In this document: in pieces, positions 26,998-36,411 of the stretch
Position numbering within the stretch: the first letter of the stretch is position 1
How the letters are laid out: every line of letters starts with the position of its first letter
Source: Acutalibacteraceae bacterium
GTDB taxonomy: Bacteria > Bacillota > Clostridia > Oscillospirales > Acutalibacteraceae
DNA: 64,000 nt
Assembly (NCBI GenBank): GCA_045598305.1
Contig: JAZLLW010000031.1
Coordinates: 939-64,938, forward strand
Direction: 5' to 3'
Translations under genes and position numbers: made by a program
The notes under the pieces: generated by a model
The model's database searches: none
Seen by the model: the letters and a program-made list of their open reading frames with translations, nothing else
Told to the model about the DNA's origin: nothing

Positions 26998-29463
26998 TCA
27001 GATGTTTTTGGTGGGCTGACCTCCGAATATGGACCTGAAGAATGCGATGATAATCGTGATTATATTTTTCTTTACGTTGACCTGAACGGTCTTGCTGATT
27101 TCTTTTCCTGCCGAATTCAATGCGGGAGAGCCGTCGGGAGCGATAATCTTAACGGTAAATGATCGCGATGCGTCAAGCTCACCTGACGTTACGCTGACCG
27201 AGGAAGCACCCCTGCCGATTTCACTTTTTCCGTCATAAACCGCAATGCAGTATCCCTCGGGAAGAGTTCCGTTTACGGAAGCGGTAAACGCTGCCTTGTT
27301 CTTATAGTCAACCGTTCCGCTGTCGGGAGCTTTGATTGAAACACGGTCAAGAAGATATTTATTGTGTAGTCCGGCATCCAGCAGAGCGGAACAGAAATCG
27401 CAGAGTCCGTCTCTGTTTGAATCTTTATGTTCCGTAACGGGAATCGTCTGCCGGTCTTCCTTTGCTTCACATTCCGAGCAGTGCCAGCCGTCGGTAAGTC
27501 CCGTGTTTTTGCAGGTGGCGGGATAGCCGCGGTCAACTATTACGGTATGACCTTTGGGAATTACGGACTGCGGTGTAAGCACGGCAGTGCATCTTGCGCA
27601 GTGAGAGCCGTCGGTGAGACCGTCTTCTGTGCAGGTCTTGGGATATCCCTTATCCGTTACGGGATTATGACCGAGAGCCGGTATGGTTTCCGCTTCCTTC
27701 TGAACGTAATCGCATTCGGAGCAGTAGATTCTGTCGGTAAGTCCGTCTGCAAGGCAGGTGGCGGGAGTACCATTTTCCGTTACGATGGTGTGTACCTTAC
27801 ATTCCGTTCTTAAGTATTTTCCGCAGAGGGAACAGTAAACATCAACGCGGTTTGCGTTCTGAGCGTTAGTAACCTCGGTGGTATCGGTATGAAGGCAGGT
27901 AGTGAAAACATGCATGAAGATATTGCCCTGAGTAAACGTGACGGCATCCGAATAGTTGTCGGTCATTATGCCGTTTTCGGTACGGGTGAAGTAGCTCTGC
28001 TTCGGACCCGAAACGTAGAAGGGACTTGATTCGGATTTGTTGTAGCGCTCAAAGGGAATCTGAAGGGAGCATCCCCGGGAGTCGTGAAGCAGAATGACTA
28101 CCGAAAAGATTTCGTTTTTTGAAACGGAAACCTTTGTGGGAAAGTCAAAGGTATAGTAGCCCTCATTGGTATAGTGCCTGGATACGGTGAACATACAGGT
28201 GCCGTCCGTAGGAGAAGTATAGTTTGAGGGAAGATTTTTATATACCCTGAATGTTGCGGTAACGTCCGTGATGCTTTCACCCGCTTTGGGAGCAAGCAGG
28301 AATCCCACGCTGTCAATCTTACCTGCGACGTCTGCGGTAAATACGTTGGAGTACTGAGGAAATTCACCGTAATAGTAGTAATTGGGAACTCTCTCGGTGT
28401 ATGTGTAGTTTCTGTTGATACCGGGATTTTCCATGGCCTTCAGACCGTTTACGGAGCCGAGGAACTGACCGTAGGAAACGTACATATAGTTTTCGTCGTA
28501 GTATTCCTGAGGAACGCCGTTTCTGGTGAGACCTACGGTATTCTTGACTATCCACGCACCGTTGACGGCGGGGGTATAGGTCGCCTGAGGAGCATTGTCT
28601 GCCTTTTCACCGTTTGAGTAATATCTGGACTCCGTGTGGGTAAAGGCACTTGCGGGAATCGTATCGTCCCAGCCAATGATGGTAATGCCGTGATTGGTGA
28701 CGGGAGACGAATTGAGGGAGCTTCCGTTCCATACGAGGGAATCGTTGAACATATAGCCGTCGTTGAGCTCTGTCTGAAGTACGGAAGCGTAAACGGCGCC
28801 GTTTTCCGAAATCCAGTTTTTGATTTCGCCTGTGGTTGTGAGAGAAACCGCCTCGTCAAGAACGTATCCGCTGCCCGTATTGTATCTATCGGATTCGGAA
28901 AGGGTAACCTCGCCCGGAGTCAGATTATTGGGAAAATCGGATTTGTTTGCAATGCCCTCAAGATTTGAAAGAGCGCCGATGGTGTCGTTGATGTTTCCGC
29001 CGGAGCTGAAGGGATACTGATAGAAATACCCCTCGTTTGCGGGTTTTTTGGCGAAATAGGTAAGGTGTGTTTTTGAAAAATGGGGCTCATCATAGCCCTG
29101 CTTCATTACGTTGGATTCAAGGGAAGAGATGGAAGCGAACGCCCAGCAGTTTCCCGAATACTGACATTCGGGTCTTGTGACGTAGCTTTTGCCGTCAACA
29201 TTTCTCAGATCGTAGACGGCGGGCAGAGAGGAGCTCGTGCCCCAAACGGTTTCGACCTCTTTGCGGTATATGCCGCCCTCACCGTCTGTTTCATAGATAT
29301 CCGTGCCGTCGCTGATAATTTGCCCCACGGGAATCTGCTCGGTATTGCCCGGGGGAGGAAGGAAGATTTCATCCGCAGATACGCTCTGGAAAAGGAGCGT
29401 GGCGGTAAGCATAAGGATGCACATAAGCCGTACCGCAAATTTAACGATATATTTTCTCTTCAT
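26998..29463 (-). CDS. Secreted papain-like (C1 family) cysteine peptidase with C-terminal Cys-rich repeats and TM anchor
   Basis: 821 aa with a signal peptide. The catalytic Cys is in GNCWAFAS (C106) and the catalytic His in TNHGITIIGWDD (H258). It has three repeats of about 40 aa between aa 558 and 680, and a C-terminal hydrophobic tail. Confidence 0.8.
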   Translation of the reverse strand: MKRKYIVKFAVRLMCILMLTATLLFQSVSADEIFLPPPGNTEQIPVGQIISDGTDIYETDGEGGIYRKEVETVWGTSSSLPAVYDLRNVDGKSYVTRPECQYSGNCWAFASISSLESNVMKQGYDEPHFSKTHLTYFAKKPANEGYFYQYPFSSGGNINDTIGALSNLEGIANKSDFPNNLTPGEVTLSESDRYNTGSGYVLDEAVSLTTTGEIKNWISENGAVYASVLQTELNDGYMFNDSLVWNGSSLNSSPVTNHGITIIGWDDTIPASAFTHTESRYYSNGEKADNAPQATYTPAVNGAWIVKNTVGLTRNGVPQEYYDENYMYVSYGQFLGSVNGLKAMENPGINRNYTYTERVPNYYYYGEFPQYSNVFTADVAGKIDSVGFLLAPKAGESITDVTATFRVYKNLPSNYTSPTDGTCMFTVSRHYTNEGYYTFDFPTKVSVSKNEIFSVVILLHDSRGCSLQIPFERYNKSESSPFYVSGPKQSYFTRTENGIMTDNYSDAVTFTQGNIFMHVFTTCLHTDTTEVTNAQNANRVDVYCSLCGKYLRTECKVHTIVTENGTPATCLADGLTDRIYCSECDYVQKEAETIPALGHNPVTDKGYPKTCTEDGLTDGSHCARCTAVLTPQSVIPKGHTVIVDRGYPATCKNTGLTDGWHCSECEAKEDRQTIPVTEHKDSNRDGLCDFCSALLDAGLHNKYLLDRVSIKAPDSGTVDYKNKAAFTASVNGTLPEGYCIAVYDGKSEIGRGASSVSVTSGELDASRSFTVKIIAPDGSPALNSAGKEISKTVQVNVKKNIITIIIAFFRSIFGGQPTKNI

Positions 29464-29472
29464 GGTATCACC

Positions 29473-30612
29473 TCAGAAGCTGCCGCAGAAAAATGTATTT
29501 TTCTGCGGGAATGCTTTGTACAAATCGGGATTATTGTTTATGATTTCAAGTCCGTTCAGATACGGGGCATCATCTGGACTTATTCCGCACAGGAAAATTT
29601 TTGACATCGCGAAGCTTTCCATAACGAAATCGGGGCTGCCGTCACAGTCTGTCAATGTGTGACCTCCGTCTCCGTATTCAAGGAAAAAGGTACCGCTGTT
29701 GGCGGAAACGGTGTCGTTCACCCTAAATGTGAAGCCGCCTTTTTCAAGAGGCCAATCCACTTTGCCGAGGACGTTTTTAAGATTGATTATCCTTATCGCA
29801 CCCGTATTCTGCAGCTGCCGCTTTGCATTTCCCTCATTGACGAGATAGCGGATTATCGGGGAGGAGAGAGGGAGCATCGTAAATCTGATGAGCGGAAGAT
29901 TGCTCTCATACTGCCTGAGATAACCAAGCAGATTCAGCATGGCTTTCTTATCTTCAAAGCAGATTTCGGACACCTCAAGCGTTTCCTCGCTTCTCTTTAC
30001 GGAAAAGCTCACCATACCGTCGGGTCTGCCGTTTTCGTCAAGGGACAGATAAGTGTAATCTGGCGTGTCAAAGGGCTTAAGGTTAAAGAATCCGCCGTCT
30101 TTTCTTTCATAGGCCAGATTGTACCGGGAAGCAAGACGGTTATATACCTCAAGCAGCTCTTCAAGGTTATCCTCCCGGACGCATTTCACTCTGTCGGAGC
30201 AGGGGATAAAAGCGAAATTATCCGCACCCGTTTCAAGAGATATGAAATCCGCCGAGGTTTCGTATCCGAATTTCCTGTAATACGACGTGGAGAAGGGATG
30301 GAGTATGCTTATATCGTAACCGGATTCAAAGAGCTTATTGAAAAGGGCACGCACCGTGCCTTTGTGTCTGTACTGAGGAAGAGTCGCAACGCCTCCCACT
30401 CCCGCACAGCGAAGCTTACCCTTTCCGTAAAAGCAGGTATAGTCGTTGACCTCGATTTGTGACATAAGAGTCTTATCGTCGTCTGCAAACGCCGCGAGTA
30501 TTTCGTAGGGGGGCATCGTCATATCATCGGCTGTGATTTCTCCGCCGAAGGACTGAACGGCACATTCCGCCGAAGCACGCAGGTCCTTTTCCTCAACTTT
30601 TCTGATTATCAT
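29473..30612 (-). CDS. GNAT-family N-acetyltransferase, Eis-like (GNAT plus SCP2-like C-terminal domain)
   Basis: I prefer the start MIIRKVEEKD at 30612, downstream of the MFS terminator. It has the acetyl-CoA motif LPQYRHKGTVRAL and is about 380 aa long. Confidence 0.7.
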   Translation of the reverse strand: MIIRKVEEKDLRASAECAVQSFGGEITADDMTMPPYEILAAFADDDKTLMSQIEVNDYTCFYGKGKLRCAGVGGVATLPQYRHKGTVRALFNKLFESGYDISILHPFSTSYYRKFGYETSADFISLETGADNFAFIPCSDRVKCVREDNLEELLEVYNRLASRYNLAYERKDGGFFNLKPFDTPDYTYLSLDENGRPDGMVSFSVKRSEETLEVSEICFEDKKAMLNLLGYLRQYESNLPLIRFTMLPLSSPIIRYLVNEGNAKRQLQNTGAIRIINLKNVLGKVDWPLEKGGFTFRVNDTVSANSGTFFLEYGDGGHTLTDCDGSPDFVMESFAMSKIFLCGISPDDAPYLNGLEIINNNPDLYKAFPQKNTFFCGSF

Positions 30613-30635
30613 ATAAACATCACCACACTGACGGT

Positions 30636-30677
30636 TTTTATTTTCAAAATGCGGCTGCCGCAAAATGCAGCAGCCGC
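30636..30677 (-). terminator. Probable rho-independent terminator after the MFS gene
   Basis: Stem GCGGCTGC (30651-58) pairs with GCAGCCGC (30670-77). On the reverse strand it is followed by ATTTTGAAAATAAAAA. Confidence 0.5.
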
Positions 30678-30690
30678 AGACACAGTTATA

Positions 30691-32211
30691 TCAGTCTTCG
30701 TTTTCGTCTCTGATTTTTTCTATCATTTCGTCGGAAATCGTCTGTGCTTCACCGTGCTTTACAACAAGGATGCAGAGCAGGGAAAGAATGAAGCAGGCGG
30801 GGCAGTAATAGAACAGAGTTTTGTACGTATTGGTAATCATTGCAACGATACCGAATACGATGGGAGTTGCGATCTGTGCCGAGAAGGTAGCGGTGTAATA
30901 GTAGCCGGTGAATGTGCCGACCTTGTTGATGCCGCCGATTTCAAGCACGAGGGGAAGGGTGTTTACGGTAATGAAAATCTGACCGAAGCCGCCTACGATG
31001 AGGGCAACCCAGATAAGAACGTTCATAAGAGGAACACTGTGAAGCACGTCCTGAGCAAAGATGTATGAGCCGAATGCCGCAAGGTAAACGATGAGACCGA
31101 GGATGATGGTCTTCTTACGGCCGAGATGCTTGCCGAGCCAGCCGGCGGGGATTGCACCTACTGCGACTGCTGCGCCGAGAGCGGTAGCCATAAGGGTCGC
31201 TTCGGATGCGGTCTTGTGAAGGATTTCATCAGCGAAAAGAGCAAAGAAGGTGGTAACTGCGTTAGTACCGCAGAAGAGGAAGAACAGACAGCCCATCATA
31301 AAAATAAGACTCTTGCGCTCCGCACCTGAAAGCTTCTCTGCCTTGAGAGCTTCCTTCTCCGCCTTTGCGGCTTCCTTTTCCGCCTTTGCCTTTGCCGCTT
31401 CGTCAGCTGCCTGAGCCGCTTCCGAAACCGCCTTGAGTCTGCTGTCGGGCTCTTTGACCGTGAAGTAAACCACCAGCGTGCAGATAATCATTACGACTGC
31501 GCCCAGAAGGAATACGTACGGGAAGGTGTTCAGCTCGTCAAAAACATCGCTTTTTTTATCAATGCCCGTAACAAGGCAGTAAACTGCGGTGACGATAGTA
31601 CCGGCAACCATGCCGACTACGCTGCCTACGCCGCCTACGAGGTTGATGATCGCGTTACCCTCGGAACGGAGTTCGTTGGGGCAAAGGTCGGGCATAAGCG
31701 CAACGCAGGGAGCTCTCCAGAGAGACATGATGAATACGTAAAGAATGATGCACACCATCGTCAGGGGGAGAGAACCGGTTTTGATTGCGATAACGGGGAT
31801 AAGAGCAAAGAAGAGGGCTGAAGCGGGAGCGCCGAAAACGATGTAGGGCTTACGCTTACCCATCTTTGAATGAGTCCTGTCGGAAATTTTGCCGAAGGTG
31901 GGCTGGAAGATAACACCGAAGATGTTATCAAAGGTCATAATAATACCGATGAAAAGGGGAACAAGGCCGAGAGCGGCAACGTCGTCACCCTGTGTCGCGG
32001 AAAATTTAACCAGGAAGGGAAGCTTCTCCGAAAGCACGCTGCTCCAATGGGTGATGGTGGGGTTTGCCTGAAGAAGTCTGTTGAGAATCTTGGTTACGAA
32101 GGGGTCGTAAATCGCCCATGCGATTGAGGATGCCAGAAAAGCAAAACCCGTAAGAATGGTGTGGGGATAGTGAAGCTTGCCGTCCGGCTTTGCACAGAAT
32201 TTAGTGTTCAT
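30691..32211 (-). CDS. MFS transporter with a Lys/Ala/Glu-rich central loop
   Basis: I prefer the start MNTKF at 32211, behind AAGGAGA. It has about 12 TM segments and a central loop AAQAADEAAKAKAEKEAAKAEKEALKAEK. Confidence 0.8.
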   Translation of the reverse strand: MNTKFCAKPDGKLHYPHTILTGFAFLASSIAWAIYDPFVTKILNRLLQANPTITHWSSVLSEKLPFLVKFSATQGDDVAALGLVPLFIGIIMTFDNIFGVIFQPTFGKISDRTHSKMGKRKPYIVFGAPASALFFALIPVIAIKTGSLPLTMVCIILYVFIMSLWRAPCVALMPDLCPNELRSEGNAIINLVGGVGSVVGMVAGTIVTAVYCLVTGIDKKSDVFDELNTFPYVFLLGAVVMIICTLVVYFTVKEPDSRLKAVSEAAQAADEAAKAKAEKEAAKAEKEALKAEKLSGAERKSLIFMMGCLFFLFCGTNAVTTFFALFADEILHKTASEATLMATALGAAVAVGAIPAGWLGKHLGRKKTIILGLIVYLAAFGSYIFAQDVLHSVPLMNVLIWVALIVGGFGQIFITVNTLPLVLEIGGINKVGTFTGYYYTATFSAQIATPIVFGIVAMITNTYKTLFYYCPACFILSLLCILVVKHGEAQTISDEMIEKIRDENED

Positions 32212-32398
32212 ATTATTTCTCCTTAGATTGCGGCGCACATTCGCCGAGTATAAAAACATTATATCATCACTTATATAATTTTTGAATACTACAATATGAA
32301 CTAAAAAATAGGATATTTTTTATACAACTTGTCTAATCAAAAATTTGCAAGTTTGTGATATAATCCCTTGCATAGATTCGGATACAGGAGGACTGATT

Positions 32399-32947
32399 AT
32401 GGACCTTACCGAAAAAACAGTTAATAAAAACTACGTGTTCAACGGCAGAATCATCAACGTCAGATGTGACGATGCCCTGCTTCCCGACGGCAAGCCGTGT
32501 ACGAGAGAAGTGGTTGAGCATCCCGGCGGAGTCTGCCTTGCACCTGTCACCGATAAAGGAGAGCTTATCTTCGTCAGACAGTACCGCTATCCCTATTCCG
32601 AGGTGGTGCTGGAGCTTCCCGCCGGCAAGCTTGAAAAGGGAGAGGATCCCTTTGAGGCGGGCAGGAGAGAGTTGGAGGAGGAAACGGGATATACGGCAGA
32701 TAATTATTATGACTGCGGAAAGTTCTATCCCACACCCGGCTACTGCGGTGAGATAATCCATTTCTATGCCGCGTGGAATCTCAACGCCACTCAGATGCAT
32801 CCCGACGAGGACGAATTCCTTGAGGTTGAGAAAATTCCCGTTGAAAAAGCGGTTGAAATGGTACTTAATAACGAAATCCGTGACGGTAAGACGCAGGCGT
32901 TTGTCCTCAAGGCAGCCGCTCTTATCGGGAAAGGAATAATCGGATGA
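32399..32947 (+). CDS. NUDIX hydrolase (ADP-ribose pyrophosphatase-like)
   Basis: Start MDLTEKTV follows CAGGAGG. The Nudix box reads GKLEKGEDPFEAGRRELEEETG. Confidence 0.85.
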   Translation: MDLTEKTVNKNYVFNGRIINVRCDDALLPDGKPCTREVVEHPGGVCLAPVTDKGELIFVRQYRYPYSEVVLELPAGKLEKGEDPFEAGRRELEEETGYTADNYYDCGKFYPTPGYCGEIIHFYAAWNLNATQMHPDEDEFLEVEKIPVEKAVEMVLNNEIRDGKTQAFVLKAAALIGKGIIG

Positions 32948-33507
32948 AAAAGATAATTCTCGCATCGTCATCACCCAGACGCAGAGAGCTGCTTGCCAAT
33001 GCGGAGCTGAAATTTGACGTATGCATCAAAAACGTTGACGAAACACCTCCCGAGGGACTTGCTCCCGCGGAAGCCGTGGAATATATCGCAAAGAAAAAGG
33101 CACTTGCCATTTCCGCCATTGCGGAGGACGCAATCGTAATCGGCGCGGATACCGTGGTCGTGCTTGAGGGCAAGATAATGGGCAAGCCCAAAGATAAGGA
33201 GCACGCCTGCCAGATGCTTTCCGCACTTTCGGGGAAGGAACACGAGGTCATCACGGGTGTCTGCCTCGCGTACGACGGTAAAGAGGAGACCTTCCATTGT
33301 GTAAGCAAGGTCAAATTCTGGGATCTTACCGATGAGGAAATCAAACACTACGTTACGGGCGGCGAGCCCATGGATAAGGCAGGGGCCTACGGCATCCAGG
33401 GCAAGGGCAGTGTCCTTGTTGAGAGGATAGAGGGCGATTACTTCAACATCGTCGGATTGCCCGTTTCAAGAGTGGTCCGCGAAATCCGCAGAATTCAGAA
33501 AAAGTGA
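32944..33507 (+). CDS. maf: Maf-family nucleoside triphosphate pyrophosphatase
   Basis: LASSSPRRRELL and GADTVV motifs, with a 4-nt overlap with the NUDIX gene. Confidence 0.9.
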   Translation: MKKIILASSSPRRRELLANAELKFDVCIKNVDETPPEGLAPAEAVEYIAKKKALAISAIAEDAIVIGADTVVVLEGKIMGKPKDKEHACQMLSALSGKEHEVITGVCLAYDGKEETFHCVSKVKFWDLTDEEIKHYVTGGEPMDKAGAYGIQGKGSVLVERIEGDYFNIVGLPVSRVVREIRRIQKK

Positions 33508-33516
33508 GGGAATTTT

Positions 33517-34575
33517 ATGTCACTTGCGGAACTTAAATCAACCCTCGGAAACGGGGAAGCGTACCTCATTACCTCCAACCCGGATATCCGCTATCTGACG
33601 GACTTCTGTCTTGACGACGGATATCTTCTGGTAACGAAGGAAAAAAGCATAATGCTGGCGGATTCGAGATACTGCGAGGCGGCAGGTCAGAAAGCGGGAG
33701 AATGCGATGAGATAATGCTGCTCAGACGGGCAGAGGAACAGCTGAACGAATTGCTGTCAAAGCTTTGTATATCAATGGTTTACACCGAGAGCGCAAACCT
33801 TTCCGTAGCGGATTTCAACCGCCTTGAAAATATGCTTGAAGCATCGGTTTTTTCTAAGAAAACAGACGATGAAATCCTGGCTCTCAGACGGCGCAAAAAA
33901 GAGTATGAAAAGCAGAGAATAATCGCCGCTCAGAGGATAGCCGAGGGCGCTTTCGGGCATATTCTGACCTTCATAAAACCCGGAGTTTCCGAGAAGGATA
34001 TACGGCTTGAGCTTGAGTATTTCATGCTGAAAAACGGTGCAGATGATTTATCCTTTTCCACCATCGCTGTCAGCGGCGAAAATACCTCCAAGCCCCACGG
34101 AGTACCAACGGAAAAGAAGGTAAAAAGCGGGGAATTCGTCACCATGGATTACGGTGCCGTTGTGGACGGATATCACAGTGATATGACCAGGACCGTTGCC
34201 GTCGGAAGCGTTACGGATAAGATGGCGGAAGTCTACGAAACCGTACTGAAGGCACAGCTTGCCTGCCTTGACGTGCTCGGGCCGGGAGTACCCTGCAAAA
34301 CGGCGGATGCCGCAGCAAGGGACATTATTTCCGCCGCGGGCTACGGCGACTGCTTCGGCCACGGAACGGGACACGGTGTCGGCATAGATATCCACGAGGG
34401 TCCCTCCGTCAGTCCGCGCAGCGAGGCGGTGCTTCAGCTGGGCGACGTGGTAACGGATGAGCCGGGAATCTATATCCCGGGCGAGTTCGGGGTTCGGATT
34501 GAGGATATGGCGTTTATCACCGATACGGGATATGAAAACCTCACAAATTGCGAAAAATCCCTCATTGTGTTGTGA
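33517..34575 (+). CDS. Xaa-Pro aminopeptidase (M24B family)
   Basis: It carries the M24 metal-ligand motifs (DYGAVVDGYHSDMTRT, GHGTGHGVGIDIHE, EPGIY). Confidence 0.9.
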   Translation: MSLAELKSTLGNGEAYLITSNPDIRYLTDFCLDDGYLLVTKEKSIMLADSRYCEAAGQKAGECDEIMLLRRAEEQLNELLSKLCISMVYTESANLSVADFNRLENMLEASVFSKKTDDEILALRRRKKEYEKQRIIAAQRIAEGAFGHILTFIKPGVSEKDIRLELEYFMLKNGADDLSFSTIAVSGENTSKPHGVPTEKKVKSGEFVTMDYGAVVDGYHSDMTRTVAVGSVTDKMAEVYETVLKAQLACLDVLGPGVPCKTADAAARDIISAAGYGDCFGHGTGHGVGIDIHEGPSVSPRSEAVLQLGDVVTDEPGIYIPGEFGVRIEDMAFITDTGYENLTNCEKSLIVL

Positions 34576-34662
34576 CATAGTGAAAAAAACACTTGAAAAA
34601 AGGCAGAATATAGTATAGAATACTTGTGTTAATCACTTAAACTAAACTAAGGAGACAAAATT

Positions 34663-35220
34663 ATGGTATCAGCAGGCGATTTCAGAAACGGCGTTACCTT
34701 CGAAATGGAAGGTCAGGTTTATCAGATTATCGAATTCCAGCATGTTAAGCCCGGTAAAGGTGCAGCTTTTGTAAGGACCAAGATAAAAAACGTTATCGGC
34801 GGCGCAGTAGTTGAGCGTACTTTCAACCCCACCGATAAATTCCCCACCGCATACATTGAGCGCAAGGAAATGGAATATTCCTACAATGACGGCGATCTCT
34901 ATTATTTCATGGATCCCGAAACTTATGACATGGCTCCCATCGGTGCAGACACTCTTCCCGACAACTTCAAGTTCGTCAAGGAAAATACCGTTTGCCGTAT
35001 CCTTTCCTACAAGGGCAACGTTTTCGGTATTGAGCCCCCCACGTCCGTAACTCTTCAGGTTACACAGACCGATCCCGGCTTTGCAGGCAACACGGCTACC
35101 AATGCTACCAAGCCCGCTACTCTTGAAACCGGTGCAGAGGTCAAGGTTCCCCTTTTCATCGACGAAGGCGAAATGATCATTATCGATACCAGAACAGGCG
35201 AATATCTTTCCAGAGCATAA
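34663..35220 (+). CDS. efp: Elongation factor P
   Basis: 185 aa. [19 protein letters not shown] is canonical for EF-P. Confidence 0.95.
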   Translation: MVSAGDFRNGVTFEMEGQVYQIIEFQHVKPGKGAAFVRTKIKNVIGGAVVERTFNPTDKFPTAYIERKEMEYSYNDGDLYYFMDPETYDMAPIGADTLPDNFKFVKENTVCRILSYKGNVFGIEPPTSVTLQVTQTDPGFAGNTATNATKPATLETGAEVKVPLFIDEGEMIIIDTRTGEYLSRA

Positions 35221-35259
35221 GTTCGGAAATACGGATTTATATTTAAGGAGGAAATAATT

Positions 35260-35688
35260 ATGTCAATGACAGAGAAGGTTGCTTACCTTAAAGGCCTTGC
35301 AGACGGAATCAAGCTCGACGAGAGCAAGGATACCGATAAGCTTCTCAAGGCAATTATCAATACTCTCGGCGAAATCGCCGCTGAGGTTGACGATCTTGAC
35401 GATGACCTCGACGTATTTGCAGAGCAGCTTGTCGCTGTTGACGAAGACCTTGCAGACCTCGAAGCATATATCGACGGTGAAGACGATTACGATGACTGTG
35501 ATTGCTGCTGCGATGACGACTACGACGAAGAAGAGTTTTACGACGTTGAGTGCCCCGAGTGCGGCGAAGTTATCTGCATAGATGACGAAATCCTCGACGA
35601 GGGTAAGCTTGAATGCCCCAACTGCGGCACACTCCTTGAGTTCGATTGCGAATGCGATTGTGACGAATGTGACGGCTGCGAAGAATAA
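35260..35688 (+). CDS. Highly acidic protein with zinc-ribbon and Cys/Asp clusters (function unknown)
   Basis: 142 aa. The N-terminal helical part is followed by DDCDCCCDDDYDEEE, then CPECG...CPNCG, then CECDCDECDGCEE. Confidence 0.6.
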   Translation: MSMTEKVAYLKGLADGIKLDESKDTDKLLKAIINTLGEIAAEVDDLDDDLDVFAEQLVAVDEDLADLEAYIDGEDDYDDCDCCCDDDYDEEEFYDVECPECGEVICIDDEILDEGKLECPNCGTLLEFDCECDCDECDGCEE

Positions 35689-35702
35689 GAAGCAATAAAA
35701 TT

Positions 35703-35737
35703 GCCCGGATTCATTTGAATCCGGGCTTTTCTTTTTG
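35703..35737. terminator. Rho-independent terminator, probably bidirectional
   Basis: Stem GCCCGGATT pairs with AATCCGGGC and is followed by TTTTCTTTTTG. It lies between the convergent acidic-protein and TetR genes. Confidence 0.7.
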
Positions 35738-35740
35738 CCG

Positions 35741-36304
35741 TTACTGCTTTATTTTTTTGTTTCTGAATTCGTAGTATTCCTGCTCAACCTTTTCACCTAT
35801 GTTTTCACAGATGAAATCCACAATCTGCTCCACACTTTCGTGCATACCCGATTCAAGCCAGATTCTGAAAACGGAGGTAATCGCCCCTATATAAAAGCCG
35901 GTGGCGTATCCCGTACGCACATCGGTCCTGATGATGGGGAAAAGACTGCTGAAAATATCGTTCATGACCCTCATGGAGTCGTTGATAAGGTTTGCCTTGA
36001 TGATGGCTTTGATGAGGATGATGTTATCCGAAAAGAAATTACCCGCCATCATTAGTATATCCCTGAGGGTATGCTCACGGTTTACGATGTACTCGGCAAA
36101 GGCGGAGCCCTCGTCTGCAAGGTAGCTGACGATTATTTCGTCCTTGCTCTTGTAGTGACGGTAATAAGCCATGCGTGACACTCCCGCTTTTTCCGTGATA
36201 TCCGTTATCGTGATATCATCATAATCCTTTTCCTCCGATAGCAGAAGCAGAGCGGTTGTGATACATTCTCTTGTGAGACGAGAAGTTTCGTTTCTTTTTT
36301 TCAT
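35741..36304 (-). CDS. TetR/AcrR-family transcriptional regulator
   Basis: 187 aa with an N-terminal HTH (ITDITEKAGVSRMAYYRHYKSKDEI). Confidence 0.85.
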   Translation of the reverse strand: MKKRNETSRLTRECITTALLLLSEEKDYDDITITDITEKAGVSRMAYYRHYKSKDEIIVSYLADEGSAFAEYIVNREHTLRDILMMAGNFFSDNIILIKAIIKANLINDSMRVMNDIFSSLFPIIRTDVRTGYATGFYIGAITSVFRIWLESGMHESVEQIVDFICENIGEKVEQEYYEFRNKKIKQ

Positions 36305-36381
36305 TACAAATTTGCCTCGTATGTAACTTTTAGATTTAATGTTATTGAATTATTCATAAAATAATGATAGAATTGCCTTGC

Positions 36382-36411
36382 GTTACATCTGTAACTGTTA
36401 CAAATGTAACA
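36382..36411. promoter_or_regulatory. Two adjacent perfect palindromes, candidate TetR operators
   Basis: GTTACA-TC-TGTAAC (36382-36395) is followed immediately by TGTTACA-AA-TGTAACA (36396-36411). They lie in the divergent TetR/ABC intergenic region. Confidence 0.55.

Noticed and set aside
29659-30462. 267-aa plus-strand ORF
   Set aside because: It is antisense to the Eis-like GNAT gene.
32333-32974. 213-aa minus-strand ORF
   Set aside because: It is antisense to the NUDIX hydrolase gene, which has a canonical Nudix box.
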